Below are positions 14,295 through 27,499 of a stretch of 64,000 bases of DNA, piece by piece; within the stretch, counting starts at the first letter, position 1; each line of letters begins with the position of its first letter. The translations under genes and the position numbers were made by a program. Below the pieces are notes generated by a model, which saw only the letters and a list, made by a program, of their open reading frames with translations, had not been told where the DNA came from and searched no databases. The DNA is from Octopus vulgaris (lineage: Eukaryota). Location of the stretch: the NCBI GenBank assembly GCA_951406725.2, contig OX597815.1, positions 148,118,001-148,182,000 of the forward strand. The letters run 5' to 3'.

Positions 14295-16420
14295 TATATA
14301 TATCGTAGCATGTTTACTAACTTCTAACATAACGAGATATATATGAAGCATTTGGTACAAATATATCGAGTGAAGTGCAAGAAATATTACTGATAAATTT
14401 TAGAAAGCAAAGCATGGTGAAAGAGAAAATAATTTGCAGAGCAAAAAAAGAAATAAGCTTCTAGAATTTTAAGCTCCTCTTCTTCCCTATTTTATTCTTC
14501 CCCAAATGCACACAAATCTCGAGTATTCGTAAACTCTTTGTATGTGTCGGTATTTTTGTTTGTCTGTTGTTTTTCCTTCTTACGTACTGACAAATTATTT
14601 CGTTTCCGTTGTTCACGAATATAGATATTTCGGTGTCTTTCCACTGAAAACTTTTGGCACAACATTAAAAGTCTAATTGCAATGTGATAAGATTTTCCGT
14701 TCTGCTCAGTGTAACAGTTTGGATGTAATAATATGAAACTTTAACACAACTTCCCGATATCCTCTTTCTAAATATGCTACGGAAACAACATTTCACTCTC
14801 AAATGTTGAATTGCATATTGCAGCACCTAAATTGTGAATTAATACTTGTATTCCTCGCGTGTTGATGACTTCAGGTTTGAAACCAGATGTACGTTCTTTC
14901 AACATTACGTTCATGTCCGTGCTACAACGTTTCTATATTTTAACGTGGTGTTTCATTAAATAGCGTGACGAATGTATTTAGCAGGAAATATGGTTGCCAT
15001 ATATGTCTTCATATCTATTGGGATATTAAAGTTATCACTGCAAGGCAGGCATTGTGTAAATCGTATGCTTTTACAGCAGCACCCTTTAGTTTGTGGGGAA
15101 TAAAGTGAGAAGTGAAGTCGCTGCTAGCGTTCACATTATTGAATAGTTACTTAGTAAATGTCAACACTGTTACTTAATCGACAGAAGGTTTACAACGATT
15201 ATAAAGCTTAACAAATAATTGCATCTAATTCTAAGTAATGGTTAATTATTCTAGTTAAAACCGAAATTCAATTAGATGGCGTGAAGAGAGTAAATAACAT
15301 TAGCAACATCATTAATGAGTCACCCCTGTACGGGGGAGCAATACTGTTGAGGATGTCATTAGCTGATTGAAAAGATTTGCTCCCAAACATACATATATTT
15401 ATGTAATATAATAATATACACACACATCTATGTATATATATATATATATATATATAAATGTGTGTGTATGTATGATTCATGTCGTTATTGTTGCGAGTTA
15501 GCTGGCTATAACTGAATCTTTACGACGCAGTACTTTATGATATGCTAATAAGCACATTTCTATAGGTTTTCACGACATAGAAACAGTTACGTACGCTGGA
15601 ATTTTGTAATGATTCATTGAGCATATACGATACTGCTTCAAAACATATCATGGAACAGGATTTTCTTATGTTACTTAAGGATGATACGGCAAAGCCGATA
15701 TAAAAGAGAGTGCAGGTTTATGCATATTACACACATGATTTGAAAGATGGTATGTTATCCCTAACAACATTCCTCATTCGTATTAACTTTTGGGATATTG
15801 CAAAATATAACAATGAGATTGATGTCACTAATATTTATATTAGTATCGAAAATAAGCGTAGCTGTAGCTTTAACCAACCCAATGATTGTAAGCATTATAC
15901 GTGAACTTCTAGATTCGGATATTTATACCAGTTACAATGAATTTGATGGATTACTATATACAGAGCGTTCGATTAAATTTGATGATACACATGCCTCCTT
16001 TTTCTAAGATCAGCTGGCTGTGTTGGTAAACACTCAACTTCGTTGCAGAATATAGTTGATCTTGGAGATGCCAAGAGTTATTCAACTCAACAGACATCAT
16101 GCTAATTTTTGAAACATTCCAAAATTTTTAATTTCTTTACCTTACATTTTGTTCACCTGCTCTCACACTTTCGGTATCACATACTTCCTCTCGTTAATGA
16201 GTAACAATATTTTACTACCTCATCAACAAAATTAACATCTAGCAGTGCTAACAAGTTACTACAATCAAGCAATTAACATTCTTCGTATTTGTGCATCAGT
16301 CCAAATAGCTTGATGCATAATAGAGATTCAGTCATTTGCACTAAACATTCGTTACACTCTACTAGAAGGTATAGAAAATACATGTGCATGGATGCAGAAA
16401 TGTATGTATCTGTGTGTGTG

Positions 16421-16508
<88 letters not shown>

Positions 16509-16514
<6 letters not shown>

Positions 16515-17461
16515 TTATAATAAAGGGTTAATTGCAACAAGTTGCTCCAACCACATACCGAAAATATTAGATATAGCAGCCAAATTGATCACTATTTCTC
16601 CTACTAATAAAAAATTAATTAATCCATAGGCTGGGATTTCGTTATTTTCTTTCTCTTTACCGTATATGGGTTACAAATTCTGTTTGTTTTTGGAGACTTT
16701 TTTTATTAGTAGGAGAAATAGTGATCTATTTGGCTGCTATTTCTAATATTTTCGGTATGTGGTTTTGAGCAACTTGTTGCAATTAACCCTATATTATAAT
16801 TAATATAATTCTTACCAAATATGGTCTTTTCCATACCGAAAAATCTACTAGGTGAAATTTATTAATGTTATTAAATTAATTATATTTCACCCTTTTTTGT
16901 ATATTGAATACTATTGCTCCCTTACAAGAAGTCTACGAAACTTCGTTTCGTTGGTAATGTTTTTGTAACTCACGTGGTAATTTTGGAGGGAGATACGAAT
17001 TCGCCTGTCTATATAGATGTAGAGATGTTAGCAGTCCGTTAGATCGTTCGATGTCGCTTGGTCGAGCCGGTGTAATGGGGAACTTTTTTTCCTAGCATAT
17101 CTAGATTTATAGGAAATATTATATTGACAAGGAAATGAACCTTCGGTTCTAATCCAGAATTGCTTCTTCTATAATTAATCCATAGGCTGAGAGTTCGTTA
17201 TTTTCTTTCTCTTTACAATATACGGCTTACAGATTTTGTTTGTTTATGGGGACGCTTTTATTAGTAGGAGAAATAGTGATCTATTTGGCAGCTATTTCTA
17301 ATATTTCCGATATGTGGTTTTGAGCAACTTGTTGCAATTAACCCTTTATTATAATTAATATAATTCTTACCAAATATGGTCTTTTCCATAACAAAAAAAC
17401 TACTAGGTGAAATTTATTAATTTTATTAAATTAATTATATTTCACCCTTTTTTGTATATTG
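16509..17461 (+). mobile_element. Penelope-derived/retrozyme-like non-coding element: 1.5 tandem 556-nt units plus a 5' inverted partial copy, in (TA)n
   Basis: Direct repeat 16616-16906 vs 17172-17461; inverted repeat 16509-16614 vs 16699-16805; HHR-like motif at 17118-17175; (TA)n on both sides. Confidence 0.75.
17118..17175 (+). ncRNA. Hammerhead-like motif (U3-A8 core; GAAA apparently deleted, probably inactive)
   Basis: Stem I attata/tataat; core TTGACAA; stem II gga..gaac-cTTCGg-ttc..tcc; stem III agaa-ttgc-ttct; UUC triplet at 17167-17169. Confidence 0.5.
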
Positions 17462-17571
17462 TATATATATATATATATATTTATATAAATAGATATATAT
17501 ATAAATATATATATAAAAATGTGTATATATATATGTATATATATATAAGTATATGTATATATATATATAAG

Positions 17572-17611
<40 letters not shown>

Positions 17612-17617
17612 TAAATA

Positions 17618-17659
<42 letters not shown>

Positions 17660-17674
17660 TATATACATATATAA

Positions 17675-17717
<43 letters not shown>

Positions 17718-17795
17718 TAAATATGTATATGTATATATATATAAGTATATGTATGTATATATATATATATATAAGTGTATATATATATATATATG

Positions 17796-17832
<37 letters not shown>

Positions 17833-17874
17833 CATATGTATATATATATATATATATAAGTATATGTATATGTA

Positions 17875-18080
17875 TACTTAATAAGGAAAACTTAACAAGA
17901 AATTGTCAGGTAGATATAAAAACCTCATATATAAAATTTCGAAAATAATTATTTCTTATTGAACATATTAATTTATATATATATATATATGCCAGAAGGC
18001 ATTATATATCAATAAGTATATGTATGTATATATATATATATAAGTATATGTATGTATATATATATATAAGTATATGTATG

Positions 18081-18116
<36 letters not shown>

Positions 18117-18152
18117 TATGTATGTATGTATATATATATATATAAGTATATG

Positions 18153-18196
<44 letters not shown>

Positions 18197-19131
18197 GCAA
18201 TTAAGGACAACTACTTAATAAGGAAAACTTAACAAGAAATTGTCAGGTAGATAGCGTAAAAACCTCATAAGAGAAAAAATTTCGAAAATAATTATTTCTT
18301 ATTGAACATATTAATTTATATATAGAGGGCATTATACATACATGCCAGAAGGCATTATATATACATGCCAAACGCTAAGAGGGACAATTAGTCATTTCTA
18401 GCACATGGGTGAGTTTACATATATTACATCCGGTCAAATGGCAAACTTTTACGAATTGCATTTCGGGAGAGGAATAGTTTTTTCGGAATAAAAATTTAGC
18501 AATTATGCAACTCGTTGATGTTGAACAGTTAGCTGATCGACTTAAGCGGGGCAGGGTCTAGTTGTTTATTTATAATGCATTCTAATTGTCCCTCTTAGCT
18601 GATTGGCATGTATATATAATGCCTATCTGGCATGTATGTATAATGCCCTCTATATATAAATTAATATGTTCAATAAGAAATAATTATTTTCGAAATTTTT
18701 TCTCTTATGAGGTTTTTACGCTATCTACCTGACAATTTCTTGTTAAGTTTTCCTTATTAAGTAGTTGTCCTTAATTGCTAAATTTTTATTCCGAAAAAAC
18801 TTTTCCTCTCCCGAAATGCAATTCGTAAAAGTTTGCCATTTGACCGGATGTAATATATGTAAACTCACCCATGTGCTTCGTTGATGTTGAACAGTTAGCT
18901 GATCGACTTAAGCGGGGCAGGGTCGTTGTTTATTTATAATGCATTCAGGCCTGCTGATGAGTACGTAAGTATGAAATCACTGTGATACAGGTCTATATTT
19001 TTTTAAATGTCTTACTTTGAAAAATTGCATTCGGTGGGATTAGTAATATTTTTGGTAGAAATGACTAATTGTCCCTCTTAGCGTTTGGCATGTATATATA
19101 ATGCCTTCTGGCATGTATGTATAATGCCCTC

Positions 19132-19140
<9 letters not shown>
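17875..19140 (+). mobile_element. Penelope-derived/retrozyme-like element: 483-nt tandem unit with HHR and scrambled inverted copies, in (TA)n
   Basis: ctaattgtccctc at 18582 and 19065 (period 483). 18193-18400 and 18401-18505 are reverse complements of unit segments. 17875-18010 is a further decayed inverted piece. Confidence 0.8.
18947..18994 (+). ncRNA. Type I hammerhead ribozyme, intact core
   Basis: Stem I aggcctg/caggtct (7 bp); CTGATGA; stem II gtac-GTAA-gtat; GAA; stem III Atcac-t-gtgaT; cleavage predicted 3' of A18987 (AUA). Confidence 0.88.
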
Positions 19141-19199
<59 letters not shown>

Positions 19200-19240
19200 A
19201 GTATATGTATATATATAAGTATATGTATATATATATATAA

Positions 19241-19301
<61 letters not shown>

Positions 19302-19306
<5 letters not shown>

Positions 19307-20275
19307 TCTTGGTAGGGGTAATCCCAGAGAAGCACTTGGCCCGAATCCTACGGCAAACTATATGAAGTACATTTTATGACCATGGAAATGATTCCTCGCC
19401 TGTCAGGACATACAAGACAAGAGTTCTTTTTTTCTATCACAGATTTACCACAATGTGGAAGACCAATATCAAGACTGAGCTCTGAAAAACGTCGTTGAGG
19501 AAAGGTCAAAGAAACCTACGACAGGATTAATAAAACTGTTCTATTCAAGTCACTCATCGACCATAGATAAACATTTAGGAATTAGGAAAATGTTTGAACA
19601 AATATAAATACAGTAAAATCACTTCACTGTGCCCCTGTCATTTTTCTGGCACCTCCTTAATTCTTCTATCCATCTGCTTCTACAACTCTCTCCTTTCTCT
19701 CACCCCTCATTAATTCTGTTGTTCCTCTTTTTCTGTCTCTCTTCTCTCGTGACCGATAGGCCAGAATGCTTCCTCTTTTTTTGGGTTTGACCGTGGTCAG
19801 TGCAACATCGATATTCTTCCCTGTGTTTGTGATAATTTTGTATGTCTGCCGTAAGCCTTCATTTCCACACATGCCAGCTGAATTCAATTCGTCCCCAGTC
19901 GAAAGACACCAGTTGTTATGTCCTGGTATTTTTATTATTTTTATTGTATTTATATTTGTGTAACAGCGTCTGTCTTTCCGTTCTTGGTTTCGTATACATT
20001 CGGTGCTTTCTTCCAAGGAATCTAATGCTTTTGCTTAGTTTTTCCTTGGGACTTGCCAGATTGGAGCAATCTCAAGATTAATCAGACGAAATTGCGAGGA
20101 TGATATGGTTCTTGACTGACGATAGAAGGTTCCGAATGACCCGTCCTTTTTTCCTTGTATCGTCTATATGGATGTGTTTTTGTCCCTTTGTGTATCACCT
20201 AGTTGTCTGGATGTTTTGCGTTCCTGTCCCATTTCGTATTTTATATATATATAGGCGTACGTACACTTTGTTCTC

Positions 20276-20280
<5 letters not shown>
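19302..20280. mobile_element. Unclassified probable retroelement 3' fragment between (TA)n arrays
   Basis: Higher-complexity block sharply bounded by microsatellites, with a pyrimidine-rich tail; no recognisable protein motif. Confidence 0.3.
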
Positions 20281-20308
<28 letters not shown>

Positions 20309-20311
20309 GTA

Positions 20312-20579
20312 TCCAGCCTCGCCTGGCACCCGTGCCGGTGGCACGTACAAAGCACCATCCGATCGTGGCCGTTGCCAGCCTCGCCTGGCCCCCGTGCCGG
20401 TGGCACGTAAAAAGTACCCACTACACTCACGGAGTGGTTTGCGTTAGGAAGGGCATCAAGCCGTAGAAACATTGCCAGATCAGACTGGGCCTGGTGCAGC
20501 CTTCTGGCTTCCCAGACCCCAGTTGAACCGTCCAACCGATGCCAGCATGGAAAGCGGACGCTGAATGATGATGATGATG

Positions 20580-20582
<3 letters not shown>
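20312..20582 (+). mobile_element. SINE family C, 5'-truncated, with an internal ~62-bp duplication and (TGA)n tail
   Basis: ccagcctcgcctggc..gtgccggtggcacgta occurs twice; gcgttaggaagggcatc..gccgtagaa motif; tail tgatgatgatga. Confidence 0.75.
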
Positions 20583-20633
<51 letters not shown>

Positions 20634-20661
20634 TATATATATTTACATATATTCATAATTG

Positions 20662-20837
20662 TACACACGAGTGACTACGTAGTAAGTAGCTTGCTTTCCA
20701 ACCACATGGTTCTGAGTTAAGTCCCACAGCATGGAGTCTTGGGCAAATGTCTTCTACTATAGCCTCGGGCCGACCAGAGCCTTGTGAGTAGATTCGGTAG
20801 ACGGAAACTGAACGAAGCCCGTCGTATGCATACATAG

Positions 20838-20871
<34 letters not shown>

Positions 20872-20965
20872 TTCTAGTTTCAGCTCAGAGCTGCAGCCAT
20901 GCTGATGCACCGCCGTTTTGTGCTACACTGTTATTACGACGAACCTCGTCTAATATGTGGCACTT

Positions 20966-21037
<72 letters not shown>

Positions 21038-21260
21038 GTGTGTGTGTGTATATGTTTGTGAGTTTGTGCTTTCCCCCAACAATGCTTGACAACCGATGGT
21101 GTTGTGTTTACGTCCCCGTAACTTAGCGGTTCGGAAAAAGAGACCGATAGAATAAGTACTAGCCTTACAAAGAATAAGTCCTGGGATCGATTTGCTCGAT
21201 CGACTAAAAGGCGGTGCTCCGGCATGGCTGCAGTCAGATGACTGAAAGAAGTAAAAGAGT
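20662..21260 (+). mobile_element. SINE family B, full length, with an insertion (20872-20968) in its internal microsatellite
   Basis: tRNA-like head, CORE-like cttgggcaaatgtcttct, central (TA)n, 3' part ending gactgaaagaagtaaaagag. Confidence 0.88.
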
Positions 21261-22674
21261 TATCTATTGCTAATTGATTGCATAGAATTTTACTTAACAA
21301 AATATCACAGTTTATCTTCTTTATTAGAACTTTACTAAATATTCAAATGAGAAATGAATGTTTAAATTGCATTTGGAAATTTAGAGTCTGTGCTTCAGTG
21401 GATGCTTTGAGGAAATCTGTATTTGTCCAATTCCGATATCCACAAAGCAACCATATCAAATAATTACCGTGCAAACTAATTCTAAATATTACTTAGTATA
21501 CACGACACGAAACATTGCAATATGCGAAGTATCACCAATATGAAATATTAAATCTTCTCTCCATGAAGATTCCACGGCTACCTCGGATGTGTAAACACAA
21601 TACATAAATGGAAACAGAACAGTATTGTTGGCTAAGCTTAAAATGCAATCAAGTTGGAAATTAGTGCTTAATCATTCATTGTAATAAATGTCGCAAGATA
21701 TGTTTTAGCTCTCAGAAGTGTATAAATATCAGTACAATAGAACGATCTATCTTTTTTTTTTTTTTTTGTAAACAGTAGCGTTATGGGTCGTATGTGAGAA
21801 AGTACATCCTAGCATTCTGAGGGAATTAAAATCCCCTGGGTAAGGAACAAATATTCTCTCATTAGAATGGTGCAACTTACTGCATAACTCCGGGTAGTGA
21901 TCTGTGTGTGGTAGATTATTTAATCGAATTAAAAATAAAAAAATAACGTCCAAGTATTTAACCAAATGTTCAAGAGATTGTAAGCTAGACGTATTAAATA
22001 TAAAATTATCCCTACACAAAATCTATGTAATAAATGAGGAAATCAATAGATTTGAACTTCAGATTTCAGAAAATTATATATATATTCTGTCACATTTCAA
22101 ATTATTACTGAGTTGAATTAAATATATAAAATGAAATTTTCCTACGATGAGGAAGTTTACACGTTAATGTATTTCAGGTTTTAATGTTGCAATGAATGAA
22201 ATATTATTTGAATTAGAAAAAATCCTATTTGATTTAAAATTTTGCCCGAGGTGTATGAAAAAAAAATTGTTGATGTACGTTTCATGTTTCACATTTCTAA
22301 ACTCTAATGATATAATCTCTGTTTGTCAAATTCTGCCAAATTGATTTCAAAATTCATAAGAACATATGAAATTCAAATAAAACATGTATATATTTCAATT
22401 TTCCATATGCACTTTAGAGGCTTTACACATGCGATTTTAGTATTATATTAGTAGAAGTTTTCGGTAGATTTTGAAGCAAATTACATATATTCAGTTAATA
22501 TATGCATGTTATTTTGTATTGCTTTATTGAAGATACTGCCATTTATCTAATATTCATAATGTAACGTTTTTTTAAAAATTACACTACTAATTCATTTCTA
22601 GTAATCTATGTAAATATCATTCTATCAATCTCACTCCATCTCTCCCCTCTTTCTCTCCCTTTCTCTCTGCCAAT

Positions 22675-22723
<49 letters not shown>

Positions 22724-23278
22724 AGTGTGTGTGTTTTTACATATATATATATGTACTTATGTATATATGCGTGTATATGTGTATATCCGTATGTATATAT
22801 ACATACTGGTGATCATAATGAAACACACACACAAACAGCCACACCACATGCACGCATGCACACACATACACACACACGCAAGCTCACACACATATAAGTA
22901 AACTTTATGATCGTATGCACAATTATATGTATATCTCTACAATTCTTATTCTGTGAACGAATACTTATTTTTCTATTACATTATTATAAGCGAATCAAAT
23001 AATTTCACCCTAGATATATTATTGCATATATGTAAACTTCTATTCAGCTCTCTGATATATAATTTATAACTTATGAGCAAGCTTATATATATATACATAC
23101 ATACATACATACTTACATACATACATACATACGTGTATATACGTGTGTGTGTGTGATTATAACTTCAATAAATCATGTTTTGTACATATAACGTACGTGC
23201 ATTTATTTGGAAGATATGCTCGCCAAATACACCAAATACCTCTTACATTTTAAATAAATAAACATTGACATTGTGTTG

Positions 23279-23353
<75 letters not shown>

Positions 23354-24722
23354 TGTGTGTGTGTGTATGTGTGTGTGATTAGATAATCCTAATGTTTGTA
23401 TATATCTTCATAGACATGTCTACTATTAGGAAACTGGTTTAGATAAAAATCAATAACTTACCTGTTTGTATAACTTCAATTCTGTCTATTTGTTGATAAA
23501 TTAATTCCAGCTGTGTTAATTTGCTGCAGATTATAATCATTTTCGCATGAAATCTGTGTCTCACATTTTCTGCTTTTAATATTATGTACAATAAATTAAT
23601 GATTGAAACAAACCTGTTGAACCGTGAAATATTATTTCATATCCAAAATTTCTATTCGAGTAATAAATCCTATCATATTGGGAACAGACAGACAGACACA
23701 CACACATAAACACGTGCGTACATACGTGTGCATTTGTGTGTATGTACTTCTGCTTGTGCGAGCGTGTGTGCCTTGGATATATCTATATGAATTGCCTTTC
23801 ACAAAACTACCTTTTGAGTGAAACATTTAAAATGTAAATTTCAACGACTCTTACTATGAAACATTCAGCTACAAACACTAAGTCATCCACTTTCTAACCT
23901 TTTGCTATATATGAGAAACCTTTATATCAATCCAAAGCTCTATCAGTTTTGTCTTGCACCAGATTGGACAGCACTCAAGTCGTGACAGGAATATCTAACC
24001 AAAGGTAAATCCAACTAAAATCAAGGAGCATCTCCAGTGTAACGGACAACCAAAGTTTTTCAAAGATATGCCTAGGATGTTGTGGTTGAATCGAATTATT
24101 ACAGAATCTATCCAAGAATAAGATGCATTGCTGCCGATATTTGCTGCTGGAAATAATGGCAGAAATTCTCGATCTTAGTTTCACTTGAAATGATGGCAAT
24201 GTACCAAGACAAATAAGACAAGAAGCACCTATGATTCTGTCAATTGATTAAGAAAACCTGACGTCAAAGTACACTAGTAAAAGTTGCTACGAGACGAATT
24301 TCAAGTTTAAAAAAAGTAACAAAGCATTCATTAAAAAAGCAACACCCACAGCGTAAAACATTTAATCTGCACAATAATAGTGGTAACGTTAATTTATAAT
24401 TTAATTGATTAAATAAATTAGTTGCTGCTACGAAAATAAAATACTAAGTCATTTGGGTAAATATAAATTATTGATTTTAAAATATTGTAAAATCAGCATA
24501 ATTATTTTTCAATAAATTGTCATTTATAATTAAATTCACGAACCAACATCATAAACACGCATTCAGTTACGCAAAGGCTAGTAAGCATACATAGAGCCTG
24601 TTGATTCACTGTGGAGCTAAGATCTTCGAATGCGAATCAAATCTCTTCACAAAAAACACAGCAAAACGAGAGATGGAAGCTCGTTTTCATGAGCTTCTAC
24701 AGAGACTTATCAATGTGACAAC

Positions 24723-24745
24723 TCTATCTATCTATCTATCTATCA

Positions 24746-24790
<45 letters not shown>

Positions 24791-24792
24791 GC
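24723..24792. repeat. (TCTA)n microsatellite
   Basis: Directly visible. Confidence 0.95.
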
Positions 24793-24906
24793 TAGCTATT
24801 TATGTCTATCCTACGATAAATGAATGCACACAGACAAACAAACACACATATATACATATATATATAACAAAAGAGGCGGGTGTATTTCCACGCAGGGAAA
24901 ATTATT

Positions 24907-25150
24907 ATTTTATTCTTACTTATTTCAGTCATTTGAATGTGGCCATGCAGGAGCACCGACTTTATTGGAACTAATCACTCGTAGTATTATTTGTAAGCCT
25001 AGTAGTTCTTTTATCGTCCTCTTTTTACCGAACTGCTAAGTGACGGTGACATAGATACACTAGCATGGGTTGTCAAGTGATGGTGGGGACAAACACTGAC
25101 ACACAAAAACATACACAAACACATACACAGACACACAGAGAAAGAAACAG

Positions 25151-25193
<43 letters not shown>

Positions 25194-25355
25194 ATGGGCT
25201 TCTTTCAGTTTCCGTCTATCGATTCCACTCACAAGATTTGGTCGGCCCGAGGCTACACTAAAAGACAGTTGTCCAAGGTGCTGCGCAGTGTGATTAAACC
25301 CGGAAACATATGGTTGCTAAGCAAACTACTTGCCACACAGCCACTTCTGCGCTTA
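24907..25355 (-). mobile_element. SINE family B, full length
   Basis: Reverse complement of 30393-30796. Confidence 0.85.
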
Positions 25356-26222
25356 TAGAGGAACATTTTTTGCTGAAAATGCACATGAATTTGAAAACTT
25401 CTAATTGTTTTTAAATAGATATATTTACCTATTTAAATAGATATATTTAAATATATTTAAATAGATTTATTTTGTTTATCAATGGTAAAAATTGCAAAGT
25501 TCAAAAGCATGTTTACAAGATTCAATAATATAAAAAATGTGGATCATCTTGTTTCAATGCACAGAATTCAATAGTGTTAGAGGGTATCGATAAGAAATGC
25601 ATATATAATTTGTTACATCTACTGTATATAACAATTATTATTAAGCAGGTAGCATTGATAATTATTAATAATGCTAGAGAATAACATGTGATGAGGTGCT
25701 TGTGCGTTTGCTTACTATATACATGTTTTCTAGGGGTTAAAAATTAGTAAAATAGTCCTAGCCAAGACTACTACGCTATGTTGGCAAATAGACTTTACTA
25801 TTTAGTACTGTTACTACATAGATCTCATTCAGAGATTTTAAACTAGTTGTTTTCCTCTTACGGGATCAGCGATTGTCTGTCGCTTCTATAATTATATACT
25901 ATGTACAAGGTCGAATGGCCGCTGTCTCTAACCTGATAGTTGTACAGTACCGACGAGGAAAGATTACTCGTAAATCAATGGCCTGCTGGTACTGCTAACA
26001 GCTAGATGGAAGCGATAAGATCCTAAACCCACAGTATGTCTCCAACATCCATTATATGTTGATATCCAGCGGGTAAAGATTGTCTCTTGGGGTTATAATA
26101 TACTAACCATAGGCCTATGCAGGACTACCACGCTATATTGGCAAATAAACTTTCTTACACACACACACATACATATATACATAAAATATATACATATGCA
26201 TATATATATATATATATACATA

Positions 26223-26281
<59 letters not shown>

Positions 26282-26369
26282 GCATATATACATACGTATG
26301 CATATATGTATATATATATACATATATATATATACATATGCATATATGCATTCCTATATATATATATAT

Positions 26370-27216
26370 GCCGTGGAAATATTGAAAGTCGAAAAATCAA
26401 AAGATGTAAAGTGGTGGGGTTATGCAGTGCAGGCGTTAGTCCACATTACAATGCCTGACCTGTATAACATCCCGGAGGAGTTGGCGTTCCCCGACGAGAC
26501 AGGTCTCAGAGTCGTGGTGGAGGGGAGACGCCCAGTGTGTTACAAATGCAAAATAAGATGCCACATGAAGGATGTGTGTCCACTGGGAGAAGTTCAGGAG
26601 AAAACGATAGCACTGGAGACTTTAACGAATGTGTTGCAAGATGCGTGTGTGGAGGAGGAAATCTTCACTACAGATAATGTGGAAAGTGGTGAAGAGTTGG
26701 AGAAAGAAAATAGAAAAAGAACGCGGGTGGAATCACCACCCAAAGAACAAAAAAAAAAAGAAGAAAAAAGCGAAAAACAAGATTACTAACGAGAAGGAAA
26801 ACCGAACCGGCCAAGAGGATATAAAAGCGGATGTGAGTGAAACGGTAAAACTAACAGCAGAGGAAGAATGGGACAGAAGAAAGGAAGAGCAGATGAAAAT
26901 TTGTAAGAGAGGAGGAAGACCCAAAGGGAAGAAACACAGAGTGGTAATGTAATACGACAAGGACAAAAATACGGAAAAGATGTTGGCAGGTAGGAAAGGC
27001 TTAATTAGAGTAAAGTTGAACCCAGAAATGTATAGTGACCTGTGGAAGGCGGTAATCGTGGAGAAAGAGACAGTGAAGAAAATGATGTATGATTATAGTG
27101 TATGTGAATGGTTATATATACGTTATGACACATTACCAGCTATTGTGGATCAGGAGAGCTTAATAGAGTATATAACAGATGAAAAACCAGACATTACAGA
27201 CGAGCGCCCGACGTAG
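26370..27216 (+). pseudogene. 5'-truncated Gag-like/L1-Tx1 ORF1-like reading frame with a CCHC zinc knuckle
   Basis: [37 protein letters not shown] (CX2CX4HX4C). One frameshift in the A-run near 26750 and one stop at 26950 join ORFs 26196, 26629 and 26980 into a single ~280-aa frame. Confidence 0.75.
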
Positions 27217-27458
27217 CAGAGTAATATATGTAATTGTAAAATTGTAAATTGTAAAACTGTATTTTAAATGAAACTGTGAGTTTTGGGGGACTCGTAAGCC
27301 GTTCCATCTAATCCATTATAAATATCCATTTCAATTCATAATTTTCGATTTGTTTACGTTATGTACGCCACGTCCTGTCTTGTAATGTCCCCTCTTAATT
27401 CGGGCCTTAGTGCCTATACTAAAGATTTCAGTAGCGACACCTGCTGGTTCTGACTACG

Positions 27459-27499
27459 CTGCATTGATAAAGAGCAACAACCCTGAAACATGTCTGCAG
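27459..27499 (+). ncRNA. Minimal type I hammerhead ribozyme, U3-A8 core variant
   Basis: Stem I ctgca/tgcag; TTGATAA; stem II agag-caacaa-ccct (one mismatch); GAAAC-AT-GTC with palindromic ACATGT; cleavage predicted 3' of C27494 (GUC). Confidence 0.72.

Noticed and set aside
16965-16997. taactc...ggaggg twister-like words
   Set aside because: The P4/L4 module and pseudoknot partners are absent.
20136-20150. CTGACGA followed by agaa-gg-ttcc GAAT
   Set aside because: No stem I and a non-canonical stem III; at best an unrecognisable relic.
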